Shown: positions 51,940-64,000 of the stretch, piece by piece
Position numbering within the stretch: the stretch's first letter is position 1
How the letters are laid out: every line of letters starts with the position of its first letter
Origin: Callorhinchus milii
Lineage: Eukaryota
Assembly (NCBI RefSeq): GCF_018977255.1
Contig: NW_024704743.1
Coordinates: 46,068,001 to 46,132,000 of the forward strand
Direction: 5' to 3'
DNA: 64,000 nt
The notes under the pieces: model-generated
Told to the model about the DNA's origin: nothing
Database searches by the model: none
Seen by the model: only the letters and a program-made list of their open reading frames with translations
Made by a program: the position numbers and the translations under genes

Positions 51940-52223
51940 AGCAGGGTGAAACATTTGGCAAGTTTCCTTACTCCACAAGCCTCTGTTTACCTAGCAGTAA
52001 ATAGGAACCTAGTTGTTAGCCAATTAGTGGATCACTTTTCTGGGAGTAATAATCCCATCAAAAAATACTCAATCCCCAACCATTTGTGCTCAATTGGCTG
52101 CTGCGTTTCGCCCACAAAATGTACAGTTAATTCACTTTACATTATATTCTTTGAAGCGCTTTAAGACATCTCGAAGAAGTGATCAGGTGCTATATCAAAT
52201 GCAAGGAATATTAATATTATTAT
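51940..52223 (+). mobile_element. tRNA-type SINE lacking its head (long subtype)
   Basis: Starts at gcagggtgaaac; has the central ctagcagtaaataggaacc segment and tail. Confidence 0.85.
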
Positions 52224-52756
52224 ATAACCACAAGAGCAAAAGGAGAATTTAGGAGGAATTTTTTCACCTAGAGAGTAGTTGGATATGGAACACCCTGCCT
52301 AGTAGGATGATAGAGGTTGAGTCCATTGAAGCTTTCAAGAGGGAAATAGACAGGGAGGGGTTGGAATGGGTATGGGGATAAAGTAGCGTGATGGGTTTGA
52401 AGCAATATCCTTGCTCTGTGAGCAGGTGTAGGCTCGATGGATCAAATAGCCTCCTTCTGTGCTACAGATTTCATTGTTTAACATCCACCTGAATATGGAA
52501 TTGAGATCTCTTTTAACATGTCATCTGAAGGATAGCATCTTTTCTAATGAAGCACTTAATCAGTATTGCACTGGAGTATCGGCCTAGATTACAAACTCAA
52601 ATCCGAGTTTCGGTCTCAAACCTCCCAACGTTCTTATTCAAAGTACCACTGGCTTTTTGTCTTTGTCAGAGAAAAGTTTGTTCTCAATGGTTAGCACCAC
52701 CAAGGAGCAGCCAATAGTGACTTGTATTGGGAGTCCTGCCTCAAAGGCTAACCATA

Positions 52757-53092
52757 AATAATAATAATAAGAAGAAGAATCTTTGCATTTAATACAGCGC
52801 CTCATCACATTTTCGAGACGTCTCAAAGCGCTTCACAGAATATACACAGAATATAAAGTGAATTGACTGTATATTTGTCAGCGAAACACGGCAGCCAACT
52901 GTGCATAGCAGAGTCCCACAAACAGTCATGGATTGAGTAACCACATTCTTATTTTGTTTATTTATTTTCTTGAGGGATTATTATCAGGCGTGTGGAATAA
53001 GGAAACTTGCCCAAGGTTTCGCCCTGCCGGGAATTAAACCCAGGTCTCTCGCTTGCGAGGAGAGTGCTGTAACCACTGAGCTATAGGACTCC
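52757..53092 (-). mobile_element. Full-length tRNA SINE (short subtype)
   Basis: Head and tail match 14597-14911. Confidence 0.9.
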
Positions 53093-54254
53093 ACATAACC
53101 CCACTACACAAGATCAGCTCGGAGATTCCACATTCCATGCTACTGTAAGATATATAAGCAGGTCAACCTTGCACGTCAAAATCATGAAATATACTGTAAT
53201 AAATATTATGTATCTGGCTGCGTTATAAGCTTTTTGTGCAATATTGCATAGTGGGTAGCTTCATATTTCCCTTGAGGCAGATCCTCTATAGTGAAGCTGT
53301 TAATCCAAAAACTGGAAGAGTGCCCACAGTGCTTCTTAACTTGCCTGAAGAAATGCTAGTTTGTCATTAAAGCACTGTCAGTGTCCCAGCATTTGGATGA
53401 AACACCAGGAGATGTCAACCAAGATAACAGTTAAAATGCAGGCAAGATTGTTGGGCTACTGCACGCTTGTGTGGCAATCCTGCAGCATCCTTCTTGTTGA
53501 GTTAATAGGGGGAAATGAAATGTCATTGGGATGTGTGATTATACACTGACGCAGACAGTTGCTTCACCAGATCTATGAGAGATAAATAGTTCTAGGGAAC
53601 AGTTTATGCCCACTGTGTGATTTCATTTGTGAATTTCATGTAATAAAGGTCAATTTTGATTTTTCACCGTCTGAAGAATTATGTGTCATTTGGACCCAAA
53701 GCTCCAGAGGCAAGTGCAATGCCATGTCATCATCCACTAGATGTAAAATATGTTACTGTTCGTGGCACTGAAAACCCAACATTGCTAAATTGTTAAAAAT
53801 AGAATAAGAGCGCCCAAAATATGATCCAGAGAGAGCTGGATTTGTTAAGTGAAACAGGAATAGGCAGATTCAGTAATGATTAAATAAGCCTCCTCAGCAT
53901 GAAAGGAACTGTAATAACTAGGTTGTAGATTCAAGTTCCACATTACGATTTGAGCTTATCGTCTAGGCTGACACTTTAGTTGGGAGTAGAAGACATTTAA
54001 AAAGGTACCCTTTTTTACAATCTTTGTATTTGACATGCATCTAGAAATTTGTAACATTGCGAAGTGTTTCACAGGGAATTGGGGCTTGGGCAATGTTTGA
54101 GTGCAAGGAGGGGCAGCATAATAATAATAATCCTTGCATTTGATATCGCACCTTATCACTTTGTTGAGATGTCTCAAAGAGCTTCACAGGATATACTGTA
54201 ACGTGGATTCAGTACTTATTTTGTGGGCGAAACTTAAAAGTGGTTTCTCAGCAA

Positions 54255-56340
54255 CCTCCTTCATCCTTACCAACCTGGTAATTCCTGTTGTTTGACTGAT
54301 ACTGGCCTCTTCCATGTACTACGCTCTTTTTGTCCACGATCGGTGGGTGGACTTTCAGCCACTTGGCCCTGCTATCTGGAAATCCATTCACAGGTCCTTC
54401 CAGTTCCCTCCCCTCTTTGAAGGTACCCCTCAAACAACAACAACAGCAAACTTACATTTGTATAGCGTTTTTCATGTCAGGAGGATGTCCCAAGGTGCTG
54501 GACAGACAGAGTTACGGACTCGAGCTGGAGGTCAGGGGTCGGGGAGGGTGGAGGGCAGGGGGGGAAGAAGGGAGATTGAAAGCACGAAGAGAAGGGTCTT
54601 GAGACGTGTTTTGAAGGTGGCAAGGGAGGGGACGAGGTGGAGGGACTGTAGGATGGTGTTCCAGAGGGTGGGGGCAGAGTGGCGGAAGGCCTGCCCGCCA
54701 ATGGTGGGACAAGCGAGGCAGGGGACGTGAAGCAGGCCGGAGCCCGCTGAGCGGAGGGAGCGAACAGGATGGTAGAGGGTTAGGAGGTCGCGGAGGTAGG
54801 GGAGAGCAAGGACATGGACTTTGAAGGTGAGGACCAGGATCTTGAACTGTATCCTCTGTGCGATGGGAAGCCAGTGAAGTTGGGCGAGGTCGGAGTGATA
54901 GGGTCGCGGAGCCTAGTGCGGGAAAGGACACGGGCTACAGAGTTCTGGATGATCTGCAGGCTGTGGAGGGAGGAGTTGGGGAGGCCGATAAGCAGTGAGT
55001 TTGCATAGTTGAGCCTCGGTGTAATGAAAGCATGTATGAGGGTATGAGGGTCTCGGCTGCTTGCGGTGTGAGATGGTGGCGACGTTGTGAGGTGGGGGAA
55101 GGCAGAATGGGTCATGGCGCAGATGTGAGGTAGAAAGGATAGTTGAGGATCAAACAAGATGCCAAGGCTCCAGACTGGTTCAGTGAGGTGGAGAGTGCAA
55201 CCATGGATAGTGATGCTGTCAGCGCCTGAGGTGTGGAGGCGCTGATAGGAACCAATCAGGAGGGTCAATCAGTCTGGATCCTTGGTCGAAAAGGACGTTC
55301 GAAAAGGAAGGTTTTCAGACAGAACTTGAAAAAGGGGAGAGAGGCCACAAGGTGGAGGGATTGAGGGAGAGTGTTCCAGATTTTAGGGGTGTAGTGGCTG
55401 ACAGCGCGACCTCCAGTATTGGAGCAGAAGGTGTGAGGGACAAGCAGGAGGCCGGTGCCAGTTGATTGGAGGCGCCGAGTGGTGGACTGGGGAGTGAGGA
55501 GGTCGAAGAGGTAGAGAGGTGCCAGAGAGTGAAGGGATTTGAACACGAGGGTGAGGATATTGAAGTCAATCCTTTCGGTGATGGGGAGCCAGTGGAGCCT
55601 GGCCAGAACTGGTGAGATGGGGGGTACGGAATTTGATCCGGGTCAGTATGTGGGTGGCAGAGCTGGATTATTTGAATAGTGGAGCTGGGGAGACTGGCGA
55701 GGACTATAATTGAGTAATCCAGGTGGGAGGTGACAAACGCATGCACGAGGATTCCAGCTGCATTCGGGGTAAGGTACGGTTGGAGGCGGGCAATGTGGTG
55801 GAGGTAGAGAAATGCGGTGCTGGTCAGGGACCGGATGTGGTGGAGGAAGGACAGCTGGGTCAAACCAGATGCCTAGATTGCCTACTGGTTCACTGAGTCT
55901 CAGGGAGCGTCCAGGGAGGTTGAGGAGTTCAGATCCGCAAGAGTGAAGGCATTGATGGGAGCCAAGGTATATGGCTTCCATCTTGTCCACATTTAGCTGT
56001 AGGAAGTTTGCACTCATCCAGGCCCTGATGTCTGTCAGACAAGCTGATAGAACATTGGTGGGCCTGGAGTCGATGCGGGAGGAGGTCGGGGACGTCCTCC
56101 TGACCTGAAAGGCTCTCTATAAATGTAATTTTGTTGTTGTTGTTGTTGAGGAGGCTAAATAGATTTGTGTGTCATCTATATACATGTGGAAGTTTACCCC
56201 ATGTCCGTGGATGACATCGCACAGAGGGAGCATATAGATCAGTAAAAGAAGAGGGTCAAGGTTGGAGCCCTGGGGTACCCCGCAGGTGACCAGGCAGGGG
56301 CGGGAGGAGAAACCATTTGCCGAGATGAAGTGGAGGTGGT
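54255..56340 (-). mobile_element. Cluster of L2 fragments (54433-55264 and 55280-56340 on -; small + pieces at 54255-54430 and 56086-56147)
   Basis: GVPQGS, YIDDTQ, LNVDKME, HAFITPRLNY and IQNSVAR motifs, plus tails. Confidence 0.9.
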
Positions 56341-56764
56341 TAATTAAATAGTCCTTCACTTCATCATTGTTTATGGCACACTGCTATACTTCAAAAGCTG
56401 TTGCTTACCGCTGTTCTCACGTACAAAATACAGTCACTACACTTTACAGCATATCCTTTGAAGTACTTTGAGACGTCTCGAAGATGTGATAAGGCGCTAT
56501 ATGAAATGCAAGGATTATTATTTATAGTAAATCCTGTGAAGCATTTTAAGATCTTCTCCCGATGTGAAAGATGCTACATCAGATACAAGAATTATTTTAT
56601 AAAGATGTTAGCATTTATAATTTTGGTACCTTGGCAAGCTTATTGTACAATGAACCTATTTCATATTAATTTGGATACTTTTTGAAGTCAGTAAATGATT
56701 TTTGTTCGCTTTCCAGTTGCCTTCACTGGATGGTGGCATGATTGACACAATTTTACTTGCGAAT

Positions 56765-56835
56765 GTATGTATGTGTGTGTGTGCGTGCGTGCGTGCGTGC
56801 GAGTGCGTGCGTGCGTGTGTGTATGTATGTATGTA
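56765..56835. repeat. Compound (GTAT)/(GT)/(GCGT) microsatellite
   Basis: Visible directly. Confidence 0.9.
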
Positions 56836-57082
56836 TACTGATTATTCCCAGGACTATGAATTTTTACATACAATTTGTGTTTATCCTTGGCTACTTTTTA
56901 TACACTTGCACAAGAGAAAAATCATTTTCAGGATTATTAATGGTTGATACTCTTTTGTGAGATTAAATGAACTGAAAGACTATGAGTCCAAAATAAACCT
57001 TTTGAAGTATTTTAGTGAAAAATCTGATTTTGGATTCACAATGCATTGATTGCCTGGTGAAAATGTAAAGAAGTAGCCAGTT

Positions 57083-57560
57083 AACAACAACAACAACAAC
57101 AACAAGATTCCATTTATAGCGCGCCTTTCACGTCGGGAGGACGTCCAAAAGCGCTGGATAGTTGGGTCAGGACCCGAGCAGGGGGGAAATGGTCAGGGTG
57201 AAGGGAGGGAGCGAGGAGGTGGGGAAATGGTCAGGGTAAGGGGAGGGAAGGGAGGGGGCGAGGAGGGGGTAGAGAGTCGAGAGGGGAGCTGAAGGTACGG
57301 TCAAAGAGAAAGGTCTTGAGACCAGCCTTGAAGGAGGAAAGGGAGGCGAAGGCACTGGGGGATGGAGTTCCAGAGCCTGGGGGCTGAGAGGCTGAAGGCC
57401 CGGCCACCGATGGTAGGGCGGTTGGGGCGGGGGTTGTAGAGCAGACCGGAGCCAGAGGAACGGAGGGTACGGGCGGGTAGGTAGGGGGATAGTAGGTCGG
57501 AGAGGTAGGAGGGAGCAAGGCCGTGAATGGCCTTGTAGGCGAGGATGAGGAGCTTCTCTT
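57083..57560 (-). mobile_element. Young L2 3' end
   Basis: (TTG)n tail, FKAGLKTFLFD motif and high CpG retention. Confidence 0.9.
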
Positions 57561-57836
57561 GCAGAGTGAAGTAGACAAGCCATGCAAACTGGCAGTGGCA
57601 GTAATTATACGAAGTAGAGAGAAGTGGAGCAAATCATCACCCTCTTCTGAAACTCAATCTAATATCATCAAGGTTATAATTTCCCAATAAATATTTAGCT
57701 GTAAATATTTTGGTTGCAATGCTTAGAAAATTGCTTTCAAATGATTAATAATTTACCTTTAGTTTTCAGTAGAATCAAAATACAAAAGAAAGTGATGGTG
57801 AATGTGTATAACACATTAGACTGCAGCTGCAATATT

Positions 57837-58148
57837 AATAATAATCCTTGCATTTGATATAGCGCTTTTCACGTCGGGAGGACGTCCCAAAGCGCTTCAC
57901 AGAACACACTGTAAAGTGAATTGACTGTATATTTGTGGGCGAACGCGGCAGCCAATTGCGGACAGCAATGTCCCACAAACAGTCGTAGATTGAAAATGAC
58001 CAATTTATTATTGTTTTTGGTTTTGGAGGGATTATGTTTAGGCGTGTGGAGTAAGGAAACTTGCCCAAGGTTTCGCCCTCTGCCTGGAATTGAACTCCGG
58101 TCTCTCACTTGCAAAGCGAGTACTCTAACCACTGAGCTACAGGACTCC
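57837..58148 (-). mobile_element. Young full-length tRNA SINE with TSD aatatt
   Basis: aatatt at 57831-57836 and 58149-58154. Confidence 0.95.
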
Positions 58149-58399
58149 AATATTGTATTCAGTTTGGGGCAACTTATCATAGACAGGATAGAGTTTCATA
58201 TAGGTTCACAAGGACGATACTGCAGATGAGAGAGTTTGGCTAAGGAGAGGGGAGAGAGGTCAGTACTCTTCCCATTGGGTCAGAAGAGGTTGAGGGACGA
58301 TATTGCAGCACAACACTCCTGAGCCAGGCAGATGAGGACATACAAGGATACTCACTATAACACCGGTTTAATCTTAGGGGAGGGGAAAACTCATAACCA

Positions 58400-58672
58400 G
58401 CTGTTTACTCAGCAGTAAGTAGGAACTGGGTTCTTACTTGATTGGCAGATCGCTTTTCTGGGGGTAATAATTCCTTCAAAAAAAATAATAATAATAAATT
58501 GGTCACTTCAATCCATGACTGTTTGTAGGACACTGCTGTACGCAATTGACTGCCGTGTTTCGCCCACAAAATATACAGTCAATTCACTTTACAGTATATT
58601 CTGTGAAGTGCTTTGACACGTTTTGAAGACGTGAAAAGTGCTTTATCAAATGCAAGGATTATTATTATTATT
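58400..58672 (+). mobile_element. 5'-truncated tRNA SINE (long subtype)
   Basis: ctgtttactcagcagtaagtaggaac...ggcagatcgcttttctggggg plus tail. Confidence 0.85.
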
Positions 58673-59644
58673 AACAGCAACAGCAACACAACAACTGCAG
58701 AGTGGTACAGGCAGCTGGATTCATGCGTGGTGCTTCCCATCACCCTTGCAAACCCCTGCACTCGAAATCAATCCCCCAACCTCCACTCTAACCATTAACT
58801 AACCTTGGGCCAGCCATGCGGTCTAGGCCTCATGCTCTCTAGCCAAGATTCAGGCCAGGATCTCCACCCTTCCCAACCCAGCCCCAGTAAGTGAGAGAGA
58901 TTGAGGCACTGTCAATTCCTTAAGAAGACACTAGCTCCATCTCTCGAACCTTCCTACCCTGAGACCCTATTGCCATCTAGAGTACAATAAAGGTGTTTAA
59001 GATAATGAAAAGGTTTGAGAGAATTATTTGTGAAAACCTCTTTCCGCTGGTCGGGTATGTTTTGGTGACAATGACTTGCCAGGATCCAAGAGCAGTGCTG
59101 ATTGGATTATTTAAAATAAAGAATTGGACGGGGACATGAAGAGGATTGGTATTACAGTAAACCTCACATAAGTCATATCAGTTGGGACCATAGATTAATA
59201 TGACTTATGCAAAATATGAGTTACATCAAACTTGCATAGAATATAAACTCTTGAATGGGATTGGGCAGGTATACGACTTAGCCTATAGATGACCGAAAGC
59301 GCGGTCAAAGAGTTTGGTCTTGACATATCTTGAAAGAGGGGAGGGAAGAAAGGAATGGAACTCAGGAGAGTGGGGACAAAATAGCGATGGTGAGGCAGAT
59401 AGGGTGGGGCGGACATGAAGCAAGCTGGTGTTTGCTCTGCAAAGGGAATGGCCAGGTTGGGAGGACACAGAGGTAGGGTGGGTAGGGAGGTGGAATGAAG
59501 GACGTAGAGAATGTTTTCACTGGAAAAGAGGGAGCTTTCTGTGAGGAAACGACATGTCACTCAGTGTCCATCCTCGGTCCCCTCTGCGGTGGCTGAGGGT
59601 AGGCTCTGATCATCTGTCCTGACAGTGAACCACAAAATGCTGCT

Positions 59645-59910
59645 CTCAATTCTCCTCTCTGTTCTCTCACTCTTTTTGTTTCTCTCTCCTCCTCCTCTCA
59701 TGCTCTCTCTTTCTCTCTCCACCCCACACCATCTCTCTCTCTCTCCTCTCTCTCTCAATCACTCTTTCTCAATTACTCTCTCTCTTGCCCCTCCCCCCTT
59801 CCCCTCTCACCCTTCTCCCCCTCTTCCCCCCTCTCTTCCCCCTCTTCATCCCCTCTCTCCCCGTCTTCCCCCCTTTCTCTCCCCCTCCCCACTTTCCTTC
59901 TCTCCCCTCA
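59645..59910. repeat. CT-rich polypyrimidine tract
   Basis: Almost entirely C/T over about 260 nt. Confidence 0.9.
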
Positions 59911-60899
59911 CCATAATTTTTCATGAGGGGAAATAGTAAGGATGAAGGGGTAGAAATTGCTGGAAAAATGAAGTGACAGATTGTCGACACCCGATATTTC
60001 CTTGGCATAACAAAAGCATTGGACTATTATACTACTCTTGGGAGATGGGCAAATCTGATCATTTTGTTTCTTCTGGTGATGTCCTTGAATAGATATAAAA
60101 TGTGAATCGAACTCTCCAAATCGTTCATGTAAAAAGAGGTTTATGAAATATAAAATGCATTTAAAATGAGAACCAGATAGACAAATCGAAAAAACAAATT
60201 CTAATTATTTTTTCAGCAGGTAAGGATAAACTGAACTGCATTTACCATATTGTATCTGCCAAGCATTAGATTTAGAAATAATAATAATAACAATAATAAT
60301 AATATTAATAATCCTTTTATTTGATTTGATGCCTAATCTTAAATGTCTCAAAGAACTATTAAAAACTGTTTGGACTCATCAACAAATATATTTTGTAAAT
60401 TAGTCAGTTAATTTCTTTCTTTACCCCATAAGGAAGCATTTGGAAAAAAAGCTCAAAGGTTATGTTAGCCTTAATTGATTTTGTTTATCAATATATAACA
60501 AATCTGGGCTATAAACCTGTGAATGTGTTCTCCTTGTGGTTTATTTTTGGAATTCTGTTTCACTCTGATATTCTACATGATAATGTGGGAATCCAAACCC
60601 AACACTGAGCTCAGTATCGACTCAATAAAAGCTGATTACAAGAGAACACTGCTCACTCAAACATTGAAATTACACTGCATTTACCCAGAAAGAATGAAAG
60701 GGTTTTTAAGTTAAAAGACTGTTAACGTATCCAGATTGTTTCATGTGAATAATCACCTCTAGTAGGGTCAAAACTAAACAGCAAAAGAGTCGTTAATCTG
60801 ATAGAAGTTCCACAACTTGGCCTCCAATGCCCACAATGTGATTGTTGACCTCAGGAACTTGCCTGGGGTAGGTTTCACAAGTTCAACTGAGAAAACATG

Positions 60900-61125
60900 C
60901 AAAGATGAACCCAAAGAGTCATTTCTCTGTGCGGCCCAGATTATCTCAGAGGAGAGCATCATGGAGCTTCAGGCGGTTTTGATACCAATGGTAACATTGT
61001 AAAAAGAAGACACCAGGAGGGAAACCTGGAAAGAAACAACCAGACGGGTGAATGGGGTCCGATATACCAAGAGTTCCTGCCTAGAGATACAAAGGAAGTA
61101 TCGTGGTGTTAGAAGGGGTGCCAAG
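60900..61125 (+). mobile_element. Harbinger Myb/SANT-like DNA-binding protein exon relic
   Basis: One frame with one stop: ...MELQAVLIPMVTL*KEDTRRETWKETTRRVNGVRYTKSSCLEIQRKYRGVRRGAK|gta. This fits the trihelix pattern W..I...VN.....R....I.KKW.D....K. Confidence 0.65.
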
Positions 61126-61449
61126 GTACAATAATTGTTTTATTTTTTTCACTATCTTTTCTCCAACATCCCCCGGGTGACAAGAATTTGATATTCAGCC
61201 TCTTTTGTGAATGATAGAATGTTTCTCCCCTTGGCTACATTGTGCATAATACAGCAGATTTAAGTAGGGTGACTGTAAAGCCCCACCCAAATTCTTCTAA
61301 CAGCAATAGTGACCTGGCAATAGTGATCACTCCAAAAGTGACCTCTGGATTACACATATATCAATTCCTGTGAAGAGCTTTGAGACATTCTCCCAACATA
61401 AAAGGCACTATACAAGATGCAAGGATTATTATTAATTGTAGTGTGCCAC

Positions 61450-61900
61450 AGGCATGGTTGTTAGTTTGATACCTTGGTAGTTTGGTTGGGGGTGAGGCGC
61501 CATTGCTAAGGCCATAGTTCCAATCCCCGCAGAGCCACCCGTGCAATCTACCAAACCCATGGAACATCACGGGATTTTGAGAGGACCTCAAAATATGCAA
61601 GTCTTGTAGGAATCCTGAGATGTGACTGTTGATGTGCAAAATGGACCTTTTACTCTTCTGCACCCAGCATTGAGGCAGTACCAACGTTTCCTGTTCATGA
61701 CGTGGGACATATGGCTGAAGCTTGGATTGCCACCACCCCATGGTCCTTCGAGACCCACCAACCACACGTTAGAGTTTCTGCTGTTAACTATCCTAAAAGC
61801 AATATGTAAATTATTGGAAGGTATCAGCAATTCCATTTTCACAACCAAAATGTACAACTGCCACTCTGGAGAGGACAAAGCTTCAGAAAAAGCAGAGCCC
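61450..61900 (-). mobile_element. Harbinger (PIF/HARBI1-type) DDE transposase relic
   Basis: KRSILHINSHISGFLQDLHILRSSQNPVMFHGFGRLHGWLCGDWNYGL matches the PGSxHDxxILRxS...GWLLGDxGY motif. Confidence 0.8.
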
Positions 61901-62444
61901 AAAGCAAATCTTTATTCATAGGCCCTCCCAATTCCCCGAATGGTAGTTTCTGCTCCGGCAAATTGATTACATCCAAATTCCCGTGTCAAAAATGTACAGT
62001 ACACAATTTCCTTTTGCAAAGATGAAACTTGATGCAAGAGAAAATACTGTACTGTACATTTTTGGCACAAGGGAAGGGAATGAAGGAGAATATGTGAGGA
62101 GAATAGGAGGGCTGTGGAGTGCAGTATAAATACTGGCATGGATCAGTTGGGCTGAATGGCCAGAGTCCCTGCTGTATCATTCCACGTAATTCTAGATGAT
62201 TCTATGTAAACTTAAGTATACTGGCTTCAAAATGTATTGCTGAATAAAGAAAGAGACTAATTACCAAACAGCTCCATTTAGGAGTTTTTGAAAATACACA
62301 TGTCAGAATTCAGTTCACAGCTTCAGAAAATCTGTGTTGCATTAGTGGGCAGTATTCCAACCTACTCACCAAACTGGAGGGGAGGGGTGGAGGAAAATGT
62401 GATGTGATAATTATTGCTGGTGAGAATATCGTCCGTGATAATTT

Positions 62445-62825
62445 CAACAACAACAACTTGGATTTATACAGCGCCCTCCACGCCGGACGGCACCTCAGAG
62501 CGCTTTACAGTAACGGATCCCGGGACCGAGCCAGGGGGAGGGGGATGAAGGTGACCAAAGGCACGGTTGAAAAGAAACGTCTTCAGCAGAGACCTGAAAA
62601 TAGGAAGAGAGGAGGTGCGAGTCGAACGGAGTGAGGAAGTGAGTTCCAGAGCCTCAGGGGGTGGTAGCTGGAGCAGAGGATTCGGGGGACAAGGAGGAGA
62701 CCAGACTCAGTGGAGCGAAGGCAACGGGCACTGTTGTGAGGAGAGAGGAGGTCAGAAAGGGAGGGGGGATGCAGAGGAATGGAGGGAATTGAAGACAAAG
62801 GTGAGGATCTTGAAGTCGGTCCTCT
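62445..62825 (-). mobile_element. L2 3' end
   Basis: (TTG)n tail; ARCLRSTESGLLLVP; DFKIL. Confidence 0.9.
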
Positions 62826-64000
62826 CTTTCCACACCATATGTTGCGTTCCTTTCTCCCTCCGCCCCACCCTCCCTCCCCCCACACATGCACCGCTGTCAA
62901 GGTTTATTGGTTGGCTCTCACCTTGGGTTGAAGGGAAGATTGAACAATGTTTTATCCCAAGCAGGTGTTCCTCCTCTGGCTAACAAAGAGGCATTGGAAG
63001 ACATGGAGGGATCTGGGGGGCAAGACAGGGATGGAGAAGGGAGGATAATAAATAACATTATAAGAGCAAATACATTAAATACTGTATATGGAAATTACCA
63101 CATTCAGAACTGTGTATTTTTTTTCCTTATTTTGAGTGCTTACAATAGATTTTCCTCAAAGTGCTCCTCTGTTTCAGTATTTTTGACTTGGTTCAGCAGT
63201 AAAAGATTACATGTTAGAAGTGATTGTGTAAACTGGAGAAGATTATTTGTGCCGTTTTAACTTCTGAATGCCTCCTCTGCATGCATAGTTTCCTAGTGAA
63301 ATCTCCGTACTAAATGGTCTAACTGTTTCTCTGTGCAGTTAATGTGCTTCAAGAGCCATCAAATCACAAACCAGACTAAATGTGATTAGACACTGTCACA
63401 GTAAATTTAGCTCTCATCTGTTACAGAAAGAATTTGGGTCAAAGGTTACTCTGTGGAGCAAAGTAGCTCTTTTAAGGTTTTTATTTGTTCTAATGGGAAA
63501 TGATAGTTAAAGTGAATCATTTACAAAGCTTTTCTCAACCGTTGACTCCTGAATTAAAAAACTAGCGGGGCTCTGTGTTTAAAATGATGCTGGAGAGCTT
63601 CCTGCTGTCAGGTTGTTAAAGAGATCAGAACACATTGAGGTCTATCATGAGCCATTTTTAGTTGTGCACTTGGATGCAGTGCAGCAATGGTGACAATCTT
63701 CTTGGCTGCTGTCTCACACCTTCTTAATCCCCCTCTGAAATTTATTGACCTGTGCCTTTTCTATGAAGTTCAGCCCCCTGTGAGCTTTCTGCTGTAAGTA
63801 GGATTGTTTAGCTATTCATAGATGCGTTTGCTTTATTTTTTGATTGGCATACTGTTATTATAGTGGGACATGATTGAAAAGCATTCAGTCTTTTTAGCCT
63901 CTGCTTGAAAAGATCAGCTTGAATAGCTTTTTTTGTGCATTTGAAACTGTTTAAATGTTCCCTCAAACATTCAGCCATTGAGAGGACTTACCATGAGAAA

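Larger units (their letters stand above)
50525..52470 (+). mobile_element. CR1 3' fragment split by an L2 (50781-51743) and a SINE chimera (51823-52223)
   Basis: CR1 text is continuous across both inserts; TSDs ctttgtta and ataac. Confidence 0.8.

Noticed and set aside
53330..53520. Possible further Harbinger fragment
   Set aside because: Similarity too weak to distinguish from chance.

Overview
Eukaryotic vertebrate genomic DNA, AT-rich and dense in repeats. The SINE/LINE content (a tRNA-headed SINE with an L2-type tail, Deu-domain SINEs, L2 and CR1 LINEs) suggests a cartilaginous fish, most likely a chimaera such as the elephant shark; this is inference. Genic content, all on the + strand: (1) the last two coding exons of a gene I cannot name (189-311 and 4472-4651, poly(A) signal at 4865). 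(2) A decayed multi-exon gene at about 5.85-17.3 kb, invisible in the ORF track, built of three tandem units that share peptide motifs and resemble MLKL-N-terminal-type four-helix bundles. This is the most unusual item in the window. (3) The promoter and first coding exon (poly-Q, 26566-26772) of a second unnamed gene, whose long intron(s) fill the rest of the window. Almost all long ORFs in the track are L2/CR1 reverse-transcriptase debris, SINEs or simple repeats. Also seen: Harbinger transposon relics (Myb/SANT plus DDE genes), an LF-SINE-like and two AmnSINE2-like ancient SINEs, nested insertions with target-site duplications, a near-perfect 84-bp palindrome, a candidate divergent transcript and candidate recursive splice sites. 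No rRNA, true tRNA, CRISPR or prokaryotic system was found. Family names come from recalled consensus motifs, not from database searches, and repeat boundaries are approximate.
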